DNA of 64,000 nucleotides from Trypanosoma brucei (Eukaryota). The stretch covers positions 2,912,001 through 2,976,000 of the forward strand of contig CH464491.1 of the NCBI GenBank assembly GCA_000002445.1, read 5' to 3'. The notes beneath the pieces were generated by a model. The model saw nothing but the letters and a program-made list of their open reading frames with translations. It had not been told where the DNA came from and did no database searches. Position numbers and translations under genes: made by a program. Of the stretch, positions 20,826-32,400 are shown piece after piece; the first letter of the stretch is position 1, and every line of letters begins with the position of its first letter.

Positions 20826-21359
20826 ATGTCGGTGAAGGTTTGGGTAAAATGCAGTGGGATGACAGACGACGAGGCACTTGGAATCCAAGTTCTGTCGGAT
20901 GGGACGGCATTGGACGTCGTTGAGGCCTGCAAAGGGGTGTTCCGGTGGCCGAAGTTATCTACCGCAGCGTTGTGCACTGAAGGCGGTGAGATCGTTCCAC
21001 CTTCCTCGGCAGCGGCATCCCTCACAAATCTCACACTCCAAATCGTTCAGTTTCCGCCGCTGGCGTCGGTTCTGAAGCGCAATGCGTCCCATAGACCGCT
21101 CTCAACTGGTCACAGAAAGGACCAAGTGCCAACGACTAGTACACCCTCCATCCTTTGTTTCCAAAATGTTACTATTCCCCGTCGTGGGAAAAGGAGGATG
21201 AACCCCAATGCTAAAAAACGAGAAGCAGTGGGTACCCCGACAAGGATTGCCCGACTATGGGATAGTTTGCCTGTGGCGGAGCTTGCATTTGTCAGTGGGA
21301 GCGACCCGCGCCCCGCGCAAGCACTTTGCGCCTGGAGCTGCCGGAGTACTATCTTTTGA
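20826..21359 (+). CDS. Hypothetical protein (weak; may be a 5' fragment or UTR)
   Basis: 177-aa ORF with an ATG start. Only the first ~40 aa look globular ('VKVWVKCSGMTDDEALGIQVL'); the rest is low-complexity. An overlapping ATG-less ORF follows at 21326-21829, which could indicate a frameshift. Confidence 0.2.
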   Translation: MSVKVWVKCSGMTDDEALGIQVLSDGTALDVVEACKGVFRWPKLSTAALCTEGGEIVPPSSAAASLTNLTLQIVQFPPLASVLKRNASHRPLSTGHRKDQVPTTSTPSILCFQNVTIPRRGKRRMNPNAKKREAVGTPTRIARLWDSLPVAELAFVSGSDPRPAQALCAWSCRSTIF

Positions 21360-22634
21360 GGCACCCCCGAGAGGGTATTTCCGCAGGAAATGGAGAAGAG
21401 TCCACTTACTGCTGTGCAAGCTCAACCATTGACGGGACGAAGGTACAACACGTGTCTGAAAATGTTACCTTGCCCCCTGACTGTGGACGTCAAGTGCCTC
21501 TGCGGTCGTGTCGGTTACCGTACGTATGCGTTGGTGTGAGAGAAGAGCCAAGTCCCAGCTTCAGAAGTACTGCCACCGACGCCTTAACTGTCTTTGAGCA
21601 GGCAATTCCTGAAGTGTTGAGTCCCGTGGAAGGGCCGTCGAAGGGGATGCCGTTGCTGGGGCCACCGGTCGGTGCCGGTGGCGGAGGTGCCTCGTGTGCG
21701 TGCAATAAAGATATTAAAGTGGCTAAAGTGGAAGCTGACATGAGGAATCAGGTTGCTGAATGCGGGCTCACAACTACGTTTCCCGTTCCGTGTATGGACC
21801 ACATCAGTGGGTGGTGTTGTGTAATATAGCTCTGTTTTTTTTTGATATTTATTGTTTGCATCTTTCCTTTTTTGTTTTTTCATGCCGTGCCTTGTACTCT
21901 ACATTCACTGTAATTATTTATTTTCAGTTCTCGGCCTACGGGGTGGCGCTTGCGGCCGCGGGGTAGTCAGATCTTCCTGGCTTTTATTTCATTGTTTTTC
22001 CTTTGAGGCGTACACAAATATGAAAAAAAGCAAACAAACAGACGGTCCGTGGAATGAAATCCTGCATCATCGCCACCACCGTTATTTTCCTCCTTCTCTT
22101 TTTACACTTCTCCCTCTTCCTTCAGTGTGACGCCTGTTTGCACAATGCGGTGAAAGCCCGTATTTACATCACTGTACGGCTGCACCTGTGACGGCTGTGC
22201 ATGCTGGATTGTGGGGAGGGGGTAGTATTTTTTGATTAATCACACCAGCGTGCGGTGAAGCACTGGGTCGGCGTTTTCTGTTCGTCGGTCCGACTTATGT
22301 GTGTTTCCTCGTTCTCTCCGCAACTTCTTAATTTATACTTGTTGGATCTGTTGCCTCTTGCTGGACGAGCTCTCGCCGTTTTTTTTGTTTTGCACAAATT
22401 CGACGTGCAAGCATCCTTCACCGGGGGAGCGGATGGGTATGGTTGTGCACAGGGTCACTGGTGGTGCCATCATACCGTTTCGGTATTGCGCAGTTTCTTG
22501 TTATATAAGCACGCTCTGTTGCAGGCGCTCAAGCACTTACTTAGTGGCGTGGATTTTCTTTTTCCTGTGCGTTTGTCCTGTTGCTATTCAAGTAGAAGGT
22601 TTCGGCTAGGAAAAAAAAAAGGCCACTGGCTCCA

Positions 22635-24200
22635 ATGGAACTTGAGGTGAGTGAGGAGTCACGCATCCGCAGTAGCATTGTTGAGGCAATGGTACAAAAC
22701 TACCCGCTGATGTCGTGCACACAAGAGGTGAACGTCAAGGTTGCCACCGCTTCAGATGCTGCGCTTTCGTGCGCGACGCGCCTCGGCGACTCTCTCACGA
22801 AGTTGCAGGCGCTTAGTCAGGCCATGAGCCGCGTAGGGCAATTATGGCGCAAGGAGAGGCAAGTGGCCCTGGGCACTGTGGAGCAGCACCAAAAGTTGTT
22901 AGCTTTCTTGGAGGCCCCTTCAGTTTTACAGGAGTGCATTCGGAATGAGATGTATCACGAAGCACTGGTGGTGTTGGAGCACGTTAGGCGGTCTTCTCAG
23001 CCCATCGAAAATGTGGAGTTCCTTCACTGCGTTGAGGCTGAAGTGCTCATCGCGCTCCAACAGGCCTTAGAGGAGCAAATTCTTCCTCGACTAGCGGAGC
23101 AGTTGACAGTTGCCTCCGCACTAAAGTTGACCACTTTTCTCCGGAGGCTCGGTGTGGAAGAGACGTACATCCGGCAACTGTTCTTGCTAAAAAGGGGAGA
23201 GTACATCGACGGTCACATGCACGAAGCTGAGCGTAGCGGTGCCCCGTACTCGCGTATATTTCGCTATCTAACAACATTCAAGGTCCACGTTGCTGAGGTG
23301 GTCCTTCAGTATACTGCCTGCTTCTCTGGCGAGGTAGATGGAGGCTCATGTAGTGAGTTGGTCGGGTGGTGCCACGCGAGGTCTTTTGTGTTCCTCGAGC
23401 GCCTCCGCGCCTGTCTGGAGAGGATTGCCAACGGCTCCGAGCTTGCATCTGTTATTGAGCAGTACAATAACTGCGCGAGTGCTGCAGCGCTGGTGCACAT
23501 GGACATGTTTGGCCTCATTAGCGAGGCAGTTTCGAGCCGAGTGAAGTCTCTTTTCGCCGAGCAGCTTTCCCTTGCCACACAGTCCTACTCCGCATCCATG
23601 GCAACGTTCTCTTGGCGGCCTCCAACAGACGCCCAGCGACAAGCGTTGCAGATAAATAGTGAGGTGGAAGTGGTGCCGGGTATCACGTCGTCACCACCTG
23701 TGGTCCTTTTGCAGTGGCTGCCACTTGCATATGCACTGAATGGGATACTGACTGCGTTCAATTCGATTCGTAAATGTGTTGTGCCTGGCGTAGAGTCTTT
23801 TTGTGTCGCAAAGGTGGAGGAGTTAATGCAGATTATAGCGAGGGACTTGTCACGTGACAGAGACATCCTTATGGCAGTGGAGGGAGCTGAGAAGCATGCA
23901 TATTTACTTTTTGTCCATGCGTTTGTGCACGAATTTTATACACACGTCCTGGTCTGTGTCCGAGAGCTTCTGGGTGACGAGGCGCAGCAGCAGTTGGCCA
24001 TGACTATGCAATATAGCGTGGAGGGCCTGCGTGGTTTGCTTTCCCATGAAAATAAACCGTCACGAGATGCGACCCGGCACGTACCTCATTGCTGTCCGTC
24101 CCCGGACATCACTCTCTCGCAGAATGCACCCCCAATCAACGATGTTGGTGTCGCTCACGGTAGCGAGCAGTTCCTTGAAACGAGGGAGAAACATTCGTGA
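22635..24200 (+). CDS. Conserved oligomeric Golgi complex subunit 8 (Dor1)-like protein, putative
   Basis: 521 aa. The N-terminal region 'LLAFLEAPSVLQECIRNEMYHEALVVLEHV...ALKLTTFLRRLGVEETYIRQLFLLKRGEYI' matches the COG8/Dor1 pattern as I remember it (LEiPqLmdtCvR..yYeEAL.L, then L..LRRl....e.eLr.lFL..R). The match is from memory only. Confidence 0.5.
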   Translation: MELEVSEESRIRSSIVEAMVQNYPLMSCTQEVNVKVATASDAALSCATRLGDSLTKLQALSQAMSRVGQLWRKERQVALGTVEQHQKLLAFLEAPSVLQECIRNEMYHEALVVLEHVRRSSQPIENVEFLHCVEAEVLIALQQALEEQILPRLAEQLTVASALKLTTFLRRLGVEETYIRQLFLLKRGEYIDGHMHEAERSGAPYSRIFRYLTTFKVHVAEVVLQYTACFSGEVDGGSCSELVGWCHARSFVFLERLRACLERIANGSELASVIEQYNNCASAAALVHMDMFGLISEAVSSRVKSLFAEQLSLATQSYSASMATFSWRPPTDAQRQALQINSEVEVVPGITSSPPVVLLQWLPLAYALNGILTAFNSIRKCVVPGVESFCVAKVEELMQIIARDLSRDRDILMAVEGAEKHAYLLFVHAFVHEFYTHVLVCVRELLGDEAQQQLAMTMQYSVEGLRGLLSHENKPSRDATRHVPHCCPSPDITLSQNAPPINDVGVAHGSEQFLETREKHS

Positions 24201-24509
24201 ACGGTCGGTTGAATGCGTGTGCGCACACCCGGAGGGGGCTTGTTGATTTGATATTTCCTTCTTTCCCTTTATCTGTGTGGTATTCTTTGCCGTTGAAGGC
24301 GTCTGACCGTCCCTTTGGCAAGGGAGCACAGACGTTGGCGGGCCGTGAGTCCACATAACCACACGTATACAAGCATGCAATTCTATACACTTCTCCTTTC
24401 GTAAAAGGCATACTAGCCTTAAGGGAATTCTCTCCTTTAGTCGCCTAAGGATCAACAGTTACAAGCAGCAATCAGTCGAAAAACAGAATATATATATTTA
24501 TAACAGAAG

Positions 24510-25592
24510 ATGAAGACTAAGTTCTATACATATAAGAACAAACCCAGTAGTTATGCCCAGGTGAGCACTATTCTCACCATGTCGCATGAGGTTGTGGATC
24601 GTGTTTCTGTGGAGCGTGCTGAAGATGGGCAGTTCGCGTACTACATGGCAAAATGTGAGTACAACGCCGTAAAAAACCGTATATCTGGGCGTTTGCCGCC
24701 AATTGTCCCGCTCGTATACGATTTTGACGAAGATGACCTCAGTAACTACTGCAGCAGTACCGCCGACAGTAGATCTGCCACTCTAAGGAGGGGAGAAGAC
24801 ATGGATTTGGACTGCACGGAAATCGATGGGGAACTTCTTAAACTTTCTGCGGCGCACCGCGAGCGGGATATTGAATCGAGGGGCATGCGTAAAATGAAGC
24901 CGTCCCCACTTGAGCTTATTCTGCATCGTGAGACACTCGCTCGGGGAGACATTAACCACGTTGAATCTTTGTTCTTTCGCCGCATGGTTGCACCTTTTCG
25001 AGACAACCCGATGTTCAAAGTGCTTGACTTCTTTCGACAGGAGCAACTGGGTCGAAAGCAGGTTGAGGACGAGTGGGCGAGTGAGTCGATGCCCTTTCTT
25101 GAGATGTGCAGAATGGAACAAACGGATTACATGGAGGACTTCTTAATCCGTGCGATTAGGGGGAAAAATAAGTACAGGGGTCCATCTGCTGGAGAGAGCA
25201 TGACATTCGAAAAGGTTCCGTTGGATGTTCGTTTGTATGCTCCACTAAAGCACCGATGCGACATTATACGAAGTGAAACAGAATCGGAGCAGGAAATAGC
25301 TTTCTATTACCTGATGTTGGGTCAGGCCGCGCAGCGTGACCTTGTTGAGAAGAACGTTATCTGCCGTAACCCGACATCAGGTCTTATGGACTCAGTTCAA
25401 CATCCCATCGACGTATCTAATTACGAGGCTGTGGATCTTGCCTTCAGCGCGGAGTGCCGGTATCTCCAACAGCGTGAGGAAACAGGTCGTATGGAGGTTA
25501 TAAACTTGGAGTTTGACGAAAAGGAAGCGATACTTGCCGCAGAAGAGGAGAAAAAGGCTAGGGCCATCTCAGAGCGCAGAAACAGAAGGTGA
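24510..25592 (+). CDS. Hypothetical protein
   Basis: 360-aa ORF with an ATG start, same strand. Acidic, with no recognisable domain. The C-terminus 'EEEKKARAISERRNRR' is charged. Confidence 0.45.
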   Translation: MKTKFYTYKNKPSSYAQVSTILTMSHEVVDRVSVERAEDGQFAYYMAKCEYNAVKNRISGRLPPIVPLVYDFDEDDLSNYCSSTADSRSATLRRGEDMDLDCTEIDGELLKLSAAHRERDIESRGMRKMKPSPLELILHRETLARGDINHVESLFFRRMVAPFRDNPMFKVLDFFRQEQLGRKQVEDEWASESMPFLEMCRMEQTDYMEDFLIRAIRGKNKYRGPSAGESMTFEKVPLDVRLYAPLKHRCDIIRSETESEQEIAFYYLMLGQAAQRDLVEKNVICRNPTSGLMDSVQHPIDVSNYEAVDLAFSAECRYLQQREETGRMEVINLEFDEKEAILAAEEEKKARAISERRNRR

Positions 25593-26450
25593 CCTGTGAA
25601 CCCACTAATTTTTCCCCTCCACGAAAGAAAGCTAGAACAAAAAAAAGTAGCCTCGGTTTTGGAGTCAAGCATGTGTAAGCAAATGTACAAATTGGCATGT
25701 CTCGTCACTTGTGTGAGTTGCTTGGTGAAGGCCGTCGCGTGGAACGTGGAGGCATATGTATTGCGGGGCCTGATCTGGATATCCTTGCCATTGCAATTCT
25801 TTTCCACAGCCAAAGCGTGAGAGCGTGCTTCCATCACTGTCTCTGTATCCCTTTTTTTTTTCCTGAATCTCTTCCTTGCACGTAGAAGCGGTGGCCCTCT
25901 CGGCTTTTGCATGTATATATGAGTCTTATGTGCGTCGGAATTTATGTGTGCGTATCCGTTTGTATGTTTGATTACAATCAGCCTTGATGTTTTTTTTTTT
26001 AAATTATGTTAGGCGTGTTTGTTTGACTTTTCCTCCACTAGTTTTCTTTTTTTTTTGCTTGTGTGCCTCTTTGACAATGTGCAACAACGCTGTTGTGGCC
26101 ACTCGCACACTTCATATGCAATCTGTTGGTTCTACAGGGTTTGTTTTCTTCGTGCCGTTTTCCAAGTTTCAACCGACTGTCACCACTCCTCCCGACGACG
26201 CCGTATTCTTTTTTGTCCCCTTGTGCCTCTTACGGCACATATTACCCATATACCTGTGCCAAGTAAATTTGCTGTTCCCGTTGGGCAAACAGCTCAAACA
26301 AGACTGAAAAAAGGGCCGGAGGCGCTGGATTAGTCACAAAGGTTCAAGGGAGCTTCGAAAGAGAGAGAGAGAGCGTAAGGACAAAGGAAGATTGAAAGCT
26401 TTAAAAAACACAATAGAAGTGAAGTGGCCGAAGGGGCGATAAACTCGGCT

Positions 26451-29400
26451 ATGGGCACCGGTGCAGACGACGGGAAGGCGGGGCGGCATCAGCCAATGCC
26501 GCAAGTACAGAAGAAAGAAATCGTACACCGCAATCCAAACCATGTTGCACGGGATGTGTTTGATTTGCGTGGGACCAGTAACCCACTAGCTATGCAATTG
26601 TACAGCGACGGCATATCAAGTGGACCACTACTTGGCATTCCCAATCGTCTTGTGCGTGATCTTCAACCGCTTTCCACCAACGCACGTAAACGGTGTCACA
26701 GTGATGCCGCCTTCTCCCACCACAGTGGCGATGGCGCAGGCCATGACGGACGGACGACGAAGCACGGCACACTGCAGCTATACCGCCCCCCGGTATGTGG
26801 TGAAGAAGAGCTGAAGGAGCATTTCGCCGCCGTGGCGCTTGAGGGGAAAGAGGTGAGGGTACCGACGAAGCGGCACCGCTCTCGACCTGGGCGGCTTGAT
26901 CCACTAAAGGGTACTTTGCAATCATCAACCTCGGGTTCGCCATCATACGGCGAAAATGAGGGTAATGAAGGCAGAGAGGGGCAAAAAAATATAGGAGATG
27001 CAAATAATTCCGCGCCAAATGAGAACGTGGGGCCGATTCCACGGTTTACGAAGTTGCGATCAAACGCACCGAATGAGTTCACATATCTTGTGATGCGCCC
27101 TCGTGGGATACGCAGTCCCTACAATCCCTACGATTTGCAGGTAGTGTCGCATAGGGATGTTGACCCGTCTCATTATTACACAGTTTCCGCAGCCGGTGTG
27201 ACTAAATTCTCTGGCCATGAGGCTGAGTTTATTGAGTTACACACATGGGAACGGGATTGCCGTGTTTTCAATCAACTGAGGGAACTAGACGTTTTCCGTG
27301 AATACAAGAAGTGGAAGAGTTTTCTGTTGTGGCGTGGCCTTGTGCGCAACCACGCTATGTCGAACTGCAAAACTTTTCTCACGAAGAACCTTTTTCACGT
27401 CCATCCTCAACTGTCTGCTGCCCTACAAACTGTGCAGCGTATCTGTCTTAATTTTGTCAACAGCAGCAGAATCCACCCTCCCGCGACAGAGACGCGCACG
27501 TTGGAGGCTCTGTGCGCAACACTTGCAGCGCACCTCAACTTTCAGCGCAACCGACTTGACAAAATGATTAAAAACATTCGCGACACCGTTGAGCGCGCCG
27601 CGAAGGCGGCGATGTTGGCAGCACAAATAGAGCGGGAGAGTATTAGTGCCCTCCACGCAGAGGATGAAAAGAAAAAGAAGAAACTCATTGACGTGCGGGA
27701 ATTGGGAACACAACAGAAGCCTACTTACATTGAAATGTCACAGAAGAAGGCTGTCTGTCAGCGCATCACTGCGTTTATTCGTCTTTGTGATTACATAATC
27801 GTGAACTGTCTAACAAAGCTTGCCGCAACAGCGGTTGAGGATGTAGATCGCGACTTTCAGTACCCGAGGCCAGACAAACAGCAAGATTCGGTAACATCAC
27901 CTCTTAACAAGAATTCCTGGAGGGGAAAGCGGCAGGAAGGACACAAGGCTGAGGCACCAAAGCCGACAGGACCATTTACCGGCCCTATTCTTAGCCTCAA
28001 TGTTGTTTACAGGGAGGACAGCCAATCCATTGAGATTACACCGTCACTTGCCCACATAACTGAATGTGTGGAGGACGTGGTGGAAGATTACATAAAAACA
28101 CTGAGTGCTGTACCCCGGCTCTTGACGATGGATGCGTTCAAGGTATTCACTGAAAACGCCGCTCATGACTCCCAAAAGGAGGTCCTCTCTGGCCCTGCCG
28201 TTGGTGAAATGATCGTCTCAGAGGAGGCATATAAACAGCACATGACATCCGTTCGTTATGGAATCACAAGGGCGTTCGGCGACGTGGAGGAATATGTGAA
28301 TAGCTTCCAGTGCTTCAGAGATATGTACGTGGAGAATAGCAGTCTGGACGCTGATAGCATCCAGAAACGTACCCAGAACCTGGAGTTCTTCCGTGAGCGC
28401 CTGGCTCTCTACAAGTCGCAGAGCGACGCCATATCAACGAAGATACCAAGCTCGAAGGACGTGGCACTGTTTACAGTCTACACCGAGGAGTTACGGGACT
28501 TCTTTACACCGAGCCCCGTCGTTTGCCTGGAGACATTTCACCGTCTTCTTCCTGTCATTGCGCACCAACAGAACGAATTGCTGCTTGCGGATCTGCAAAG
28601 TTGCAATACCTATCTGGCAGCCCAGCCAAAGACAGTGGAGCATTACGTGGAATATCTTGCATACAACAAGGCACTTGAAGCCCGTTTTGATACTCTGGCA
28701 GCGTCTTACGACTTCGTCCGCGAGTTTTTCACTTTGCTGCAGGATGAAAAGGTTGAAATTGAGGAGGACCTTGAGGAGACATACCGAAGCGGGACTCGTC
28801 CGCAGTTTGAGAAGTTGCGTACGCAGATGCAAATCGTAGAGGACGCAAAAGATTCTCAACAGCGGTACTTCATTCGGAATGTGGATGAGCAGCTTGATGA
28901 GCTTCGACGGTCCATTGAGGACGTGTATAATCGAGCTGGGCAGCCTGTTATTGCCGATGCAAACGCGGATATGGATGAGGTGATTCATTTTATTACCGAT
29001 TTGCAGGCTGAGGCCGAAAGAATTGCCGCAAGGGAGAAAAAGCTTCGGCAATACCAAATTGCAATTGGGGCCGAAGAGACAGTCGTAGAGACAATGTCAG
29101 ATATGTTGAATGATGTGAATATCAAGGCGCGGTTATGGGTCGGGATGCGAGAGTGGGATGAGTTCGTGGAATCGTACGGGCCAATACCGTTCGATCAGCT
29201 CAATGTGCAGGAGGTGCAGGAAACTGTTCAAAAGTATGTGATGACTGTCAAGCAGGTGTCTACAAAGTTACCTGGAAATAGTGCGGTAAACAAATTAAAA
29301 TCAAAAGTGGAAGCATGGCGCATTCTTTTACCCATTTTACAGGCCCTGACGAACCCAAAGATGAAGTTGGAGCATATCACAAAAGTATCCAATGCCGTAG

Positions 29401-32400
29401 GACCGTTGAAGGACGATAATGGTGTCTCAAAGACCATTGCTGATTGGAACAATCAGTTCACCCTTGGCATGCTCCACTCGAATGAAGTCGTTAAGTTCAA
29501 GGATGAGATCGTCGCGATTAGCGCGGCTGCAACTGAGGAGGACAAACTGCAGCAACAGATCGACAAGGTCAATGCTCTCTGGAATGGCGGGGGCCCGAAG
29601 CCACCTGTAGAATTTCAGTTTCACAATCATAAAGAGCTTAAGGACGTCTACGTTCTTGTCGGTTCTTCGGTTGAGGATGTGATGGCTCTGCTGGATGACT
29701 CAGTTATTGCGATGTCAAGTATAGGCTCGAGTAGGTGCTGTCAGGGTGTTCTCCGCGCACAGGTGGACCGTTGGGAAAATCGACTTCGGTACATGCAGGA
29801 GACGTTGGACCGTTGGGTGGAGCTGCAGCGGCACTGGATCTACCTAGAAAACATTTTTTCCTCCGCAGAAATTCGTTCGCAGTGGAAGGACGATGCCAAA
29901 CGTTTCGAAAAAGTTGACCGCTTTTACCGCGACCTAATGCGGAAGGCGCATGATATGCCCACCGCCTATCGCGGGCTCCTCATCAATGCCCCAGTGGAGA
30001 CCGGTGAGCAACAGAATACGAAAACGCTCAAGTACGATCTCGAAGGGAATATTAAGGAATTAGAGAAAGTTTTGGCAAGTCTAGAGCGAAAGCTGGAAGA
30101 AAAACGCTGTGCATTCCCTCGGTTCTACTTCCTAAGCAACGACGATATGCTCGACATTTTTGCTAAGGTCAAGTCGCCTGAGTTGATCATGCCACATATG
30201 CTGAAGATGTTTGACGGTATTAAAACATTATCCTTCACGGAGACGAATGATATCACTCATCTTGTGTCGATGGAGGGGGAGCGTGTTGAGTTAGTGAACA
30301 AGAGCATCAAGGCGCGTGGGCCAGTGGAGGTGTGGATCGATATGTTGGAGCGGGAGATGTTCTCTACACTTCGCAAGCATGCTAACACCTGTCTCACTGA
30401 CTACGAGCAGCGTGGTGACCGCGAGTCATGGATGTTTCAGCATGCAGTGCAGCTTGTTCTGATCATGGAACAATTGCTGTGGACGCGTGGGGTGGAAGAG
30501 GCACTCACAAGTGAAAACCCTGCGGAGGCGATGAGTCGTTTCAAGGAAGCAAACTACAAAGCTTTGGAGAGCCTTGCCGGTCTCACAGCGAGGAAATTGT
30601 CGAAGGTGCAGCGTATTCTTCTTTCCACACTTATTACGATTGATGTTCATGGACGCGACTTGGTGGACGAGATGTATGAAAGCAATGTGCTAGACGTCAA
30701 AGAATTTGGGTGGACGAAGCAACTCCGCGTGTATTGGGAGCAAGATACGGACGGGTATGGTAATTGCTTTATAAGGCAGAACAACTCACGTTTTGTTTAC
30801 GGGTACGAATACCTGGGAGCTCAGGGGCGTCTAGTCATTACCCCTCTTACGGATCGCATTTACATGACTGTAACAGGTGCACTCAAGCTGCAGTTGGGAG
30901 CAGCTCCTGCGGGCCCCGCTGGCACAGGGAAAACAGAGACTGTGAAGGACTTAGCAAAGAATTTGGCACGCCAGTGTATCGTGTACAACTGCTCCGATGG
31001 TGTAACGTACAAGATGATGGAAAAATTCTTCTCAGGCCTCATTCAGACGGGAGCATGGACGTGCCTTGATGAGTTTAATCGAATCAATATAGAGGTGCTA
31101 TCCGTGATTGCCTCACAGCTATTTGAAATCAAGCTTGCGCTGCAGAATGGACTGGAGACATTCACGTTCCAGGGTACACCGAATGTTCGTGTGCGCCCCA
31201 CCTATGGTGCTTTTGTTACCATGAACCCCGGTTATGCAGGACGTACTGAGCTTCCTGATAACCTGAAGATACTCTTCCGTCCAGTGGCCGTCATGACACC
31301 TGACTTCCGCATGATCGCAGAAGTGATCCTGTATTCGGAAGGCTTCAAAAATGCGAAGGATCTTTCTCTTAAAATTACGCAACTGTACAAGCTTAGTTCG
31401 GAGCAACTGTCTCCCCAAGACCACTACGATTTCGGTATGCGTGCGCTCAAGTCCATTCTTGTAATGGCCGGTGACCTGAAGAGGTCGCAGCCGGATGTGG
31501 AGGAGGATCTTACTTTGATTGTTGCCTGTAATGATTCAAACGTCCCGAAGTTTGTCGCGGAAGATCTCCCGCTGTTTCGTGGTATTATGCAAGATCTTTT
31601 CCCTGGGGTCCACTTCCCCGAACGGCAGTATGAGGAATTGCTACCTGCCATGCAGAAAAGTATTGATGGGAATAAGTTGGTGGCACTCGATACGTGGGTA
31701 ACAAAAGGCATTCAGTTCTATGAAACGTTGATTGTTCGCCATGGTGTTATGTTGGTTGGTGTCACGGGGACAGGGAAGACAGAGATACGCACGTGTATAT
31801 CAGAGGCACTTACGTCAATGTCCGAGGCGGAATCAAGCAACCCCATGGCACGACCAGTGCATCAGTTTATCATGAATCCCAAATCTGTGATGATGCATGA
31901 GCTGTACGGTCTTTTAGACGTAAATACTAACGAGTGGCGAGACGGCGTTCTGTCAGTGATTGCGAAGAACTGTGTCCGTGAGTCTGAGGTTAACAAAGAT
32001 CACCGGTGGATTGTTTTTGACGGACCTGTCGATACACTTTGGGTGGAGTCATTAAACTCCGTTTTGGATGACTCCAAGCTTCTTTGTCTTGACAGTGGTG
32101 AGCGCATTAAACTTCCTGATACCATTCATATGTTGTTCGAGGTTGCCGATCTGGCAGTGGCGTCTCCCGCTACCGTGTCAAGGTGCGGTATGGTTTACCT
32201 TGACACCACAGATCTTCATTGGAGTGCCGTGGTGCGTCACTGGTCCGAATCCAAACTGGCTGAGGCTGGTGGGGAACCACAGTGCCGTGAGTTCATAGTT
32301 TCCCTGTTCGATGCCCATGTGCAGAAAGGGCTTGATTGGCTCGCAATGCAGAAGGTTCTGATTTCGGGTGGCATGGTGAATGTGGTGCAGTCAATGTGCG

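Noticed and set aside
21326-21829. 167-aa + strand ORF listed with an 'M' start
   Set aside because: The track 'M' is a TTG and there is no in-frame ATG for ~100 codons. Without frameshift evidence it is not a stand-alone gene; it is kept only as part of the possible frameshift finding.
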